Virus record (IMG/VR): IMGVR_UViG_3300047275_000180
Coordinates: 1-29,809 of that record
DNA: 29,809 bases
Reading direction: 5' to 3' (one strand)
Source: a virus
Taxonomy: Duplodnaviria; Caudoviricetes
Below, one piece after another: positions 19,652 through 26,530 of this stretch. Each line of letters begins with the position of its first letter. The stretch's first letter is position 1. The position numbers were made by a program, and so were the translations under genes. The notes beneath the pieces were generated by a model. The model searched no databases and had not been told where the DNA came from. It saw nothing but the letters and a program-made list of their open reading frames with translations.

Positions 19652-20146
19652 ATGTTGCCGATTGTTGCTGGCATTGTGTCGAATCTGATTAACAACGGGA
19701 TGCACAAGGTTGCAGATCAGGTTATTGAAAAAGGGATCGACGCTGTACAAGACAAGTTGGGCATGGAATTGAAGCCAGAGGGTGAGGCCACGCCGGAGTA
19801 CAACGCGAAGTTGCAAGAAGAAGCCAACCGCCATGCTGAGTTTATGGCCGAGCTGGATGAGAAATCCACCCAACGGGCGACTGATATGCAAATGGCTGCT
19901 CTGAATTCGCCTGACCCGTTGGTTCGCCGCCATGTGTACCTGTATGGCTGGTTCATCACTATCGTGTCGTTCTTGTATTTTTTTATGGTTTCTTTCATGC
20001 CGGTGGAAAACAAGAACCGCGACTTCATCAATATTATTTTGGGTTTTTTGATCGGCACGGCTATCAACAGCCTGATTCGATTCTGGTACGGTTCATCAAA
20101 CAAAAGCCAAGAAGATACCGACAAAAAAATGAAGGACGTTAAATGA
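19652..20146 (+). CDS. Holin, 3TM/GTA-holin-like
   Basis: N-terminal amphipathic helix, two TM helices, FWYGSS motif; directly before endolysin. Confidence 0.7.
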   Translation: MLPIVAGIVSNLINNGMHKVADQVIEKGIDAVQDKLGMELKPEGEATPEYNAKLQEEANRHAEFMAELDEKSTQRATDMQMAALNSPDPLVRRHVYLYGWFITIVSFLYFFMVSFMPVENKNRDFINIILGFLIGTAINSLIRFWYGSSNKSQEDTDKKMKDVK

Positions 20147-20805
20147 CACCATCCAGCCCTTTGCTGGTTGCTGCCAAGATAAAAGACCCAGAAAAATGGC
20201 TGCAACCGATCATCGAAACGTGCGTCGAGTTTGAGATCAACACGCCGCAGCGGGTCGCGGCATTTCTGGCGCAGACTTCGCACGAATCGGGCGGCTACAC
20301 CATGCTGACCGAAAATCTGAACTACAAGGCGGCGACGCTTGCGGCCTGCTGGCCTTCGCGCTTTGCCGAGCTAGGGCCGGATAAGAAGCCGAAGCGGGGC
20401 GACAAGGGTGCGTTGATTCCGACTAAGCTGGCGCTGTCAATTGCCGGTAAGCCAGAGCAGATTGCGAATCTGGTGTACAGCGGTCGGATGGGTAACGGCC
20501 CAGCGCAGTCGGGCGAGGGGTGGAAATTCCGGGGCAGGGGTGCCAAACAATTAACTGGCAAGGACAACTATAAACGCTGCGGCGATGCGCTGGGCGTTGA
20601 TTTAATCGGCAATCCTGATTTGCTGCTAGAGCCTATGTTTGCAGCGCGGTCGGCTGGCTGGTTTTGGAAAACAAATAACCTGTCACCTTTCGCTGATGCC
20701 GAGGACATCAAGGGCATGACGAAAAAAATTAATGGCGGCTATATAGGGCTGGAAGCGCGTCAGGCACTTTACAACCGCATCATAGCCGCCATAGGTACTA
20801 CTTGA
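20143..20805 (+). CDS. Endolysin, glycoside hydrolase family 19
   Basis: AAFLAQTSHESG, ENLNY, FRGRGAKQLTGKDNY, SAGWFW, TKKINGG. Confidence 0.93.
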   Translation: MTPSSPLLVAAKIKDPEKWLQPIIETCVEFEINTPQRVAAFLAQTSHESGGYTMLTENLNYKAATLAACWPSRFAELGPDKKPKRGDKGALIPTKLALSIAGKPEQIANLVYSGRMGNGPAQSGEGWKFRGRGAKQLTGKDNYKRCGDALGVDLIGNPDLLLEPMFAARSAGWFWKTNNLSPFADAEDIKGMTKKINGGYIGLEARQALYNRIIAAIGTT

Positions 20806-21004
20806 GCAAACGGTAAAACCACTTGTTTGCACGGCGCTGGCAGGTTATCTGGTAGCCATGCTGCCGCAGTTCGCTAATGATGCTGTTTACGGCGCACACA
20901 CTAGCGCGTTGGATAATATCCAGCGTCGTGTACTCGCCACCCTGTTGCAGCAGTTTGTACACGCGCTGAAGCCGGTCTGACTTCTCAAGGGTCGCGGCGT
21001 TCAT
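20798..21004 (-). CDS. Small winged-helix protein
   Basis: TTLDI....AVNSIISELRQHGYQI wHTH pattern; TAATG coupling to upstream gene. Confidence 0.6.
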   Translation of the reverse strand: MNAATLEKSDRLQRVYKLLQQGGEYTTLDIIQRASVCAVNSIISELRQHGYQITCQRRANKWFYRLLK

Positions 21005-21267
21005 TAGTTAAAGTCCGGGATGTCGTCATCGAAATCGACCGGCTGACGCTGCGGCACCGTCAGGCCACCTTCGCGTGGCTTCGGGTCGTTGATGTAGGCC
21101 CAGCCATCCCAGCCGCCATCTTTTAGCGGGATAACGTCGAGCTTCAACATTTCGCCGTTTTTGGTGGCAATGACCGAGCCGATCCGCTGGTAACGGTTTT
21201 TCTGCTGGCCCTGTGCGTTGGTGTAGGTGCCGACGATGCAGCTAATTTCTTTAAGAACTTTTGACAT
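21004..21267 (-). CDS. SSB-like small protein
   Basis: ATG 21267 with GGAG SD; beta-rich 87 aa ending FDDDIPDFN (SSB-type acidic tail); follows exonuclease and ERF. Confidence 0.6.
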   Translation of the reverse strand: MSKVLKEISCIVGTYTNAQGQQKNRYQRIGSVIATKNGEMLKLDVIPLKDGGWDGWAYINDPKPREGGLTVPQRQPVDFDDDIPDFN

Positions 21268-21268
21268 T

Positions 21269-21895
21269 TTATTCTCCAATAATTTTGCGTAGCGCTTCAA
21301 CTTTGGCATCAACTTCTGCCAAAAACTTTTTGACTTCAATTTCGGTAGCCTTGATCCATTGGTCATCGCGCATGACCCGGTAAACGAATAACTGCGCTTT
21401 GGCAGGCATCCGTGGGTCAAACACAACGTAGTCGCACCATATCCTGCCAGCGCAGGCCATTTGCCATTGCATTTGGGCGAAATACTTGGATTCCACCGGA
21501 TCATCTGATAGCCAGCATTCCAGCGCGGTCTTGGAACTTGGGCATTTAATCTCGACCATGCCATCGTTGCCCACCAGCCCATCAGGACTAGCACCAGACA
21601 TTTCAATGGTCGGGTGCTGTAAAAAACCCACCTCATCCACCAAAACGCCCTTGTGAGCCTCGTATGCGGCTCTAGCAAAGGGTTCCTGATCGATGCCCCA
21701 TTGCATTTCGGCGTTGGTATAGCCTTCTGCTTTGGTGCCGGTTACACGTTCCAGTACAAGCTGGGTCATGTAGTTCGCACGGTCAGCGCCGTATCCGGTC
21801 TTGGTCTTGGCTAAGACTTTGTGTACATTGCTGGCGGTCGCTTTGCCCAGCCGGATAGCGAACCAATCTTCGCTGCGTTGTTCGATGTTATCCAT
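21269..21895 (-). CDS. YqaJ / lambda-exonuclease-family recombination nuclease
   Basis: EQRSEDWF..RLGKATAS, MQWG...EP.AR, GASPDGL, EIKCP, QMQWQM; start ATG 21895. Confidence 0.92.
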   Translation of the reverse strand: MDNIEQRSEDWFAIRLGKATASNVHKVLAKTKTGYGADRANYMTQLVLERVTGTKAEGYTNAEMQWGIDQEPFARAAYEAHKGVLVDEVGFLQHPTIEMSGASPDGLVGNDGMVEIKCPSSKTALECWLSDDPVESKYFAQMQWQMACAGRIWCDYVVFDPRMPAKAQLFVYRVMRDDQWIKATEIEVKKFLAEVDAKVEALRKIIGE

Positions 21896-22463
21896 TTGCT
21901 TTTTCCTTTTTAGCGCGTTCAACACGGGATTTCTTTGCTGCGATTACTTTGGCCTGTAATTCTTGATGTTCGCCGCAAGCCTCAATAGCGGCCTTAAACG
22001 CTACCGCTAACTCATCGCTGCTGGCGGTCGCTTCAATGGCTGACAGGTGGTCGGTAATGTCCGGCAGTGGCTTAGATTGGCGGCGGCTACCAGCGTTGCC
22101 ATCGTCATCCTCTGGGGCGATGCCGCAGGCGGCCATCAGGCTGTAGCGTCGGGCATAGGTCAAGGCGCTGCCGTAGCCTTGCGGGTCTTGCTTGCTGGCC
22201 GGAACGTGGAGCTGGCCGCAGTTAATCACTTCGCCTGATTCGTGGACAAAGACTGTTTCGACGATCACACCGTCATTGCAAGGGCTAAGACGCTGGGTCA
22301 GCGCGATGCCGTTGTTGTTGAGGGCATCGACCACCGCTTCGACGCAGGCAGCTAGATCGGCGTAGCGGCTGCGGAAATGCGGGTTGGTGGATGATTTGAG
22401 TGCTGGGCCGAATTCCTTTTGTGCTTTGACCAGCGCCGCTGCTATTTGGCTAAATGTAGTCAT
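21888..22463 (-). CDS. erf: ERF-family single-strand annealing protein
   Basis: NPHFRSRYADL, HESGE, DPQGYGSALTYARRYSL, EDDDGN. Confidence 0.92.
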   Translation of the reverse strand: MTTFSQIAAALVKAQKEFGPALKSSTNPHFRSRYADLAACVEAVVDALNNNGIALTQRLSPCNDGVIVETVFVHESGEVINCGQLHVPASKQDPQGYGSALTYARRYSLMAACGIAPEDDDGNAGSRRQSKPLPDITDHLSAIEATASSDELAVAFKAAIEACGEHQELQAKVIAAKKSRVERAKKEKANG

Positions 22464-22472
22464 GATTTTTCC

Positions 22473-22598
22473 TTAAACAAATGCTTGTGGCCTGCTGCCG
22501 GGAACTGGCAACATAATTTCATGCGGTTCGCCGAGCGTATAAACGACATACACGCTGGCCGCAAAGATGGCCGCTGCGATGATGAGTATTAGATTCAT
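22473..22598 (-). CDS. 41-aa membrane peptide (not in ORF track)
   Basis: MNLILIIAAAIFAASVYVVYTLGEPHEIMLPVPGSRPQAFV; SD AAGGA. Confidence 0.6.
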   Translation of the reverse strand: MNLILIIAAAIFAASVYVVYTLGEPHEIMLPVPGSRPQAFV

Positions 22599-22625
22599 GT
22601 TTTCCTTTCAAAGACCCTTGCGGGA

Positions 22626-22724
22626 TTAAAAAATAGCCATCGCTACCCAGAGCAATGGATACAAAACGGCGGCGATACAGACTGCCGCCAAAGCTAGGAT
22701 GAGGTCGGAAGGTTCGCGGTTCAT
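22626..22724 (-). CDS. 32-aa membrane peptide (not in ORF track)
   Basis: MNREPSDLILALAAVCIAAVLYPLLWVAMAIF; ATGA overlap with upstream stop. Confidence 0.55.
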   Translation of the reverse strand: MNREPSDLILALAAVCIAAVLYPLLWVAMAIF

Positions 22725-22903
22725 GCTGTTTTCACCACGAAGCCTTCGGATTCGAGTTTCTCGGCCATCGCCGGAGCTGTGGATTTGCGCACCATGACCG
22801 CAGACGCGCCATCGAAGCGACGCTTAGCTGCGTCGGTTTCGCACATAAACGTGACGCTGGTTTCGTGGAAATCGGAAGGGAGGATAACGAAGTCGATAAA
22901 CAT
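22721..22903 (-). CDS. Hypothetical early protein
   Basis: 60 aa, SD TAAGGAG, downstream of promoter cassette. Confidence 0.7.
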   Translation of the reverse strand: MFIDFVILPSDFHETSVTFMCETDAAKRRFDGASAVMVRKSTAPAMAEKLESEGFVVKTA

Positions 22904-22908
22904 AAAAA

Positions 22909-22974
22909 CTCCTTAAAAGACCCGCGAGGGCATAGACAGATAGTAAGCTAGCTTTACGCAGTAGTCAAGCGGTC
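22909..22974 (-). repeat. Promoter/leader direct repeat, copy 2
   Basis: Aligns with 23444-23513 (CTCCTTAAAAGACC...GCAT.GACA.ATA.TAAGCTAGCTTTAC...GTCAAGCGGTC). Confidence 0.9.
22940..22968 (-). promoter_or_regulatory. Leftward sigma70 promoter PL2 with operator AAGCTAGCTT
   Basis: Minus strand TTGACT-17 nt-TACTAT; palindrome at 22945-22954. Confidence 0.8.
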
Positions 22975-23130
22975 AATTAACATTAATGCGTGGACGATGG
23001 ATTCGGCTTCTGTCGGGTTGTCGCACCGTTCGATGGTTTTGCCAACGCGCTGGGTTGCGTTGGTAGTCCACTCGACCACGCACCAGCATGGCCGCATATC
23101 TTCGTCATCGTAATATTCAACTGTGTACAT
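22954..23130 (-). CDS. Hypothetical early protein
   Basis: MYTVEYYDDED..., ATG 23130 with SD TAAGGAG. Confidence 0.65.
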   Translation of the reverse strand: MYTVEYYDDEDMRPCWCVVEWTTNATQRVGKTIERCDNPTEAESIVHALMLIDRLTTA

Positions 23131-23140
23131 AAGTTGCTCC

Positions 23141-23437
23141 TTACTTGCTTGCAAACTTTTGAATAAAAGCCTGCAATTTTGCAACTTCGTTTGCAGCCCA
23201 GTTGTATTCTTGTTCGCCGTATTCGCCGATGTACGAATCGTTGTTTATGTGACCAGACTCAAAAAAAGTTGACAGGACGTATTTGGCTTCTGCCAGAACT
23301 TCTTTGCGGGTATAACTTTCAAGTGTGCGCTTATCGTCGGCGCTGATGTTTTCCATCACGGTCATTAATTCTTGGCTTTCCATTGCATCAGCCCAAAAAT
23401 TACGGTGGTTTGCGGTTTGTAAATATGATCTTGGCAT
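23141..23437 (-). CDS. Hypothetical early protein, first gene of left operon
   Basis: 98 aa, SD TAAGGAG; no HTH or S24 peptidase motif, so not CI-like. Confidence 0.7.
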   Translation of the reverse strand: MPRSYLQTANHRNFWADAMESQELMTVMENISADDKRTLESYTRKEVLAEAKYVLSTFFESGHINNDSYIGEYGEQEYNWAANEVAKLQAFIQKFASK

Positions 23438-23443
23438 GGCTGG

Positions 23444-23513
23444 CTCCTTAAAAGACCGTTAGCTAACGGCATGGACACATATTAAGCTAGCTTTACACCT
23501 TTGTCAAGCGGTC
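23444..23513 (-). repeat. Promoter/leader direct repeat, copy 1
   Basis: Aligns with 22909-22974. Confidence 0.9.
23479..23507 (-). promoter_or_regulatory. Leftward sigma70 promoter PL1 with operator AAGCTAGCTT
   Basis: Minus strand TTGACA-17 nt-TAATAT; palindrome at 23484-23493. Confidence 0.85.
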
Positions 23514-23514
23514 T

Positions 23515-23543
23515 TTGCAAAATATTTTAAGCTGGCTTACAAT
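23515..23543 (+). promoter_or_regulatory. Rightward sigma70 promoter PR with operator TAAGCTGGCTTA
   Basis: TTGCAA-17 nt-TACAAT; ATG follows 6 nt later. Confidence 0.82.
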
Positions 23544-23549
23544 CCGCGC

Positions 23550-23708
23550 ATGGACACTAAAACCGCGATTTCCCTAGCTGGCAGCGCCACAGAGCTTGCC
23601 AAATTGCTAGGTGTTACAAGACAGGCAATAAGCCAATGGGGTGAAAACTTGCCGCAGCAGCGCATTTGGCAGCTACAGGTATTGCGACCCAAATGGTTTA
23701 AGAGCTAA
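23550..23708 (+). CDS. cro: Cro-like HTH repressor, leaderless (not in ORF track)
   Basis: MDTKTAISLAGSATELAKLLGVTRQAISQWGENLPQQRIWQLQVLRPKWFKS; classic LA..LGVT.QAISQW HTH. Confidence 0.88.
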   Translation: MDTKTAISLAGSATELAKLLGVTRQAISQWGENLPQQRIWQLQVLRPKWFKS

Positions 23709-23711
23709 AAT
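23682..23711 (+). promoter_or_regulatory. Possible promoter for the structured RNA / rep leader
   Basis: TTGCGA-18 nt-TAAAAT ending 5 nt before the RNA stem. Confidence 0.4.
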
Positions 23712-23715
23712 TTGC

Positions 23716-23784
23716 GAAACCCGGCTAGGTGGGAAGTCATGAGCCCACCGAAGAGAGACTCCGCCCCTCCTGCCGTTGGTTTTC
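23716..23784 (+). ncRNA. Putative structured cis-regulatory RNA (3-way junction) upstream of rep
   Basis: GAAACC/GGTTTT + CGGC/GCCG; GGTGGG/CCCACC; AG.GAG/CTC.CT with loop ACTCCGCCC. Confidence 0.6.
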
Positions 23785-23814
23785 CTTGTTGGGCGGAACA
23801 ATTTAGGGCGCGAC

Positions 23815-24480
23815 ATGAAGATCAGAAACTGGTCGAAATTTCAGCATTTCAAAGATCGGCGACCACCGTGGATCAAACTGTATCGAGACATTCTCGATGA
23901 CATCAACTGGCACCAACTCGACCCGCTTGCTAGCAAGGTGCTAGTCATGTGCTGGCTTATCGCTAGCGAAGACGAGGGCCGTATTCCTGACGTAAAAACA
24001 TTGGCTTTCCGATTAAGAATGTCAGAAAAGCAAACTTCTGAATGCCTTTTCAAGCTGTCTCATTGGCTGGAACAAAGTGATAACGCGATGATATCGGAGC
24101 GATATCAGGATGATGATCCAGAGACAGAGACAGAGACAGAGACAGAGGAAGAGAAAGAGAAAGAGATAGAGAAGAGAGAGAAGGTGCAGCGCGGGACGCG
24201 CTTGCCTGCTGATTGGCAACCATCGGAAGAAGAAATTATCTATTGCAAAACGAATCGGCCTGATTTGGATTGGCGTAACGTTGCCGAAAATTTTCGCGAT
24301 TATTGGATTGCTCAGCCTGCTGGCAAGGCAACCAAAATCGATTGGGTTGCTACTTGGCGGCGTTGGGTTAGAAATGAAAAGAGTGCAAGAAAGTTTGAAA
24401 GCACACGGGACGCTGAACGCAGAAAAGTTATCGAACAAGTAATGGGGGTGAAAAATGACCGAATTATCGACATCAACTAA
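23815..24480 (+). CDS. Replication initiator (O-like / replisome organiser)
   Basis: MKIRNWSKFQHFKDRRPPWIKLYRDILDD, ETETE linker, RGTRLPADW..FRDYW..DW.ATWRRW; follows cro. Confidence 0.8.
   Translation: MKIRNWSKFQHFKDRRPPWIKLYRDILDDINWHQLDPLASKVLVMCWLIASEDEGRIPDVKTLAFRLRMSEKQTSECLFKLSHWLEQSDNAMISERYQDDDPETETETETEEEKEKEIEKREKVQRGTRLPADWQPSEEEIIYCKTNRPDLDWRNVAENFRDYWIAQPAGKATKIDWVATWRRWVRNEKSARKFESTRDAERRKVIEQVMGVKNDRIIDIN
24079..24184 (+). other. Putative replication origin: phased iterons followed by purine-strand tract
   Basis: GATAAC/GATATC/GATATC/GATGAT at 24079, 24090, 24101, 24112; then (GAGACA)x4 at 24121-24144 and an A/G tract. Confidence 0.55.
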
Positions 24481-25132
24481 GCCAGTTACGCAGGGCTGGA
24501 TTGACGCGCTGTTCGTGAAAATGCTCAACACCTTTGGCAGCAGGTTTGCCGATATGTGGCGCGGCACAGACATTGATTCCGTAAAGGCAACATGGGCACC
24601 GGAGCTGTCGAAACTTAGCCGGGAAGAATTTACAAAAGGTGTTCATGCTTTGGCAACATTAAACTGGCCGCCGACGCTTGGTGAATTCGTCAACCTTTGC
24701 CGACCAAAGATCGACCCGCAAAAAGCCTTCACAGAGGCCATAAACGGGCTTCTGGCGCGAGATCGGGGCGAGGTTGGTACTTGGAGTCATCCGGCGATAT
24801 TTTGGGCTGCTGTGCGCGTTGGTGCGTTTGATATAAAAAACGCAACTTATCCGCAAATCAAGGGTCGATGGGAAAGCGCACTTGGCGATGAGTTAGAAAA
24901 ATCGCAATGGCAGGAAATTCCAAAGCCTGTGATCGCGTTGCCTGTGGCAAAAGTTTCGAAGGAAGTTGCAGAAAAATATGTTGCAAAGCTGCAAGCGCTT
25001 AATGTAGAGTCAAGCCAGATTGACCATAAGCGCTGGGCGAAGCGGATCATGGAACGGCACCAGAGGGGCGACAAAACCCTTTTGCCGGTGCAAGTGTCAA
25101 TGGCTAGGGCAGCGCTGAACGCACCGACTTGA
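24455..25132 (+). CDS. Replication protein P-like helicase loader
   Basis: LF..M...FG.RF.DMW, WPPTLGEF..LCRP, WSHPAIFWAA; follows initiator. Confidence 0.65.
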   Translation: MTELSTSTKPVTQGWIDALFVKMLNTFGSRFADMWRGTDIDSVKATWAPELSKLSREEFTKGVHALATLNWPPTLGEFVNLCRPKIDPQKAFTEAINGLLARDRGEVGTWSHPAIFWAAVRVGAFDIKNATYPQIKGRWESALGDELEKSQWQEIPKPVIALPVAKVSKEVAEKYVAKLQALNVESSQIDHKRWAKRIMERHQRGDKTLLPVQVSMARAALNAPT

Positions 25133-25140
25133 GAGGAGCT

Positions 25141-25386
25141 ATGAGAAAAAACCCAATACCACCGCATCCACTTTTGGATGACTTGGCGAACCGTTTAGGC
25201 TGCGCCAATGACCGCGAACTGGCGCAGGAAATTGGTTGCGCACCGTCGATGATTTCAAAGTTTCGGCATAGAACCTGCAACGTATCAGCGGCATTGATTA
25301 TCGAAATGCACGAGAAGTTTGGAATGTCGATTGCTGAAATTAAATTATTAATTGAGCAAGCCAATGACCAGCACGTTCGTCGTTAG
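25141..25386 (+). CDS. XRE-type HTH protein
   Basis: NDRELAQEIGCAPSMISKFRH; SD GAGGAG. Confidence 0.75.
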   Translation: MRKNPIPPHPLLDDLANRLGCANDRELAQEIGCAPSMISKFRHRTCNVSAALIIEMHEKFGMSIAEIKLLIEQANDQHVRR

Positions 25387-25486
25387 TGTAATTTTGGTCG
25401 TGGCCGGTGGGCTGATTGGCGCTGGGCTGGCTATTTTGATCGGCGCAATTGTTGGGTTGCTAATTCTTGATGATCCAGAGCGATGA
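25364..25486 (+). CDS. 40-aa membrane peptide (not in ORF track)
   Basis: MTSTFVVSVILVVAGGLIGAGLAILIGAIVGLLILDDPER fills the gap between neighbours. Confidence 0.5.
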   Translation: MTSTFVVSVILVVAGGLIGAGLAILIGAIVGLLILDDPER

Positions 25487-25685
25487 GGAATGGCGGCGGG
25501 AATGCGAAGCGCGAGAATGGATCAAGCGGTACAAAGCGCACCGAAAACAGCATGGCGCGAAAGAGGCGGCGAAGTGGTGGGAGCATATCAAGAGCCAGAT
25601 TGCCGCAAAGCGAGGGCAGCAGGCGGTGGACATTTTAATCGGTGACATGAATGCGCAGAGCAGCAAGAACAGACCAAAACCATGA
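25470..25685 (+). CDS. Hypothetical protein
   Basis: EEWRRECEAREW...RG..A...L..DM pattern. Confidence 0.6.
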   Translation: MIQSDEEWRRECEAREWIKRYKAHRKQHGAKEAAKWWEHIKSQIAAKRGQQAVDILIGDMNAQSSKNRPKP

Positions 25686-25938
25686 CGAGATTGTTAAAGC
25701 GCTTCGGCAGGTGGGTGCGACGGTTCAATCGCTGGCTGCGGTGGGTGCGGGTGTACCGGACTTATTGGTGGGTTTTCGAGGGCAGACATTTTTGGTCGAG
25801 ATCAAAAATCCAGAAAAATCGCCATCGGAACGGCAATTAACGCCAGCGCAAAAAATTTGGCATCACTGCTGGACGGGGGGGCCGCTGGGAGTTGTGGAAT
25901 CAGTTGAGGATGCGTTGAAGCTAATCGGGGTCAAATGA
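25651..25938 (+). CDS. VRR-NUC / PD-(D/E)XK nuclease
   Basis: D.NH.EI..ALR..G, GVPDLLVG, LVEIK, LTPAQ. Confidence 0.8.
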   Translation: MRRAARTDQNHDEIVKALRQVGATVQSLAAVGAGVPDLLVGFRGQTFLVEIKNPEKSPSERQLTPAQKIWHHCWTGGPLGVVESVEDALKLIGVK

Positions 25939-26336
25939 TTTTTGATTTGGAAACCGTACCGCAGGCAAGGGTTGCGCTGACAACATTGTGGGCTAAATTA
26001 AAGCCTGCGCTGGAAGCCGGGAAAGCCTGCCAGCTAGAGCTGCGGCCTTTAAAGCGAACGCTGGATCAAAATGCCAAGTTTCACGCGATGATCGGCCAGA
26101 TTGCCGACCAGATGGGCGCAGCAGGGTCGAGCTGGACAGTTGAGGATTGGAAACGATTGTTGATTGACCAATGGGCTTCTGACACAAATCGCAGGATTGG
26201 GTCGGTGGTGCCAAGCCTAGACGGGCAGCGGGTGGTGCAGTTGGGCCTGCAAAGTGCAAAATTTAGCGTGGCTGACGCGACCGAGTTTATTGAATGGCTA
26301 GACGCTTGGGCTGCGCAAAAAAATATTGAGTTTTGA
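25935..26336 (+). CDS. ninB: NinB-family recombination accessory protein
   Basis: RTLDQNAKFHAMI..IA, EDWK.L, PSLDG..V.LG..S. Confidence 0.82.
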   Translation: MIFDLETVPQARVALTTLWAKLKPALEAGKACQLELRPLKRTLDQNAKFHAMIGQIADQMGAAGSSWTVEDWKRLLIDQWASDTNRRIGSVVPSLDGQRVVQLGLQSAKFSVADATEFIEWLDAWAAQKNIEF

Positions 26337-26347
26337 CGGAGGTGACA

Positions 26348-26530
26348 ATGCTTAGAGATGGAAAATTCATCAAAGAGGAACCTATCAAGATCGGGGCGCA
26401 CTACACGCCGTGCTACCGACCCGGCTTTTTTAGCAAGGAAGAACAGTTTATGCAGGCCGTGCTGCTGGGTATTGAGCAGCGCCGCGAGTCGGTTTTATCG
26501 AAGGTCTTAGGGTTCATGCTTCGCGTATGA
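26348..26530 (+). CDS. Hypothetical protein
   Basis: SD GGAGGTGA; KIGAHY.P motif. Confidence 0.6.
   Translation: MLRDGKFIKEEPIKIGAHYTPCYRPGFFSKEEQFMQAVLLGIEQRRESVLSKVLGFMLRV

Noticed and set aside
21268-21678. Long alternative frame joining YqaJ to the SSB-like gene, with a T TTT TTA slippery-like site near 21620
   Set aside because: The open frame is +1 relative to YqaJ, not -1; its translation looks non-protein-like; the SSB-like gene has its own SD and ATG at 21267
22599-23513. CRISPR-like array interpretation of the early repeats
   Set aside because: Only 2-3 diverged copies, hundreds of bp apart, separated by genes; explained as promoter/leader elements
23712-23900. 62-aa ORF, and the 23776 upstream start for rep
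   Set aside because: Both overlap the structured RNA; the rep motif begins at ATG 23815
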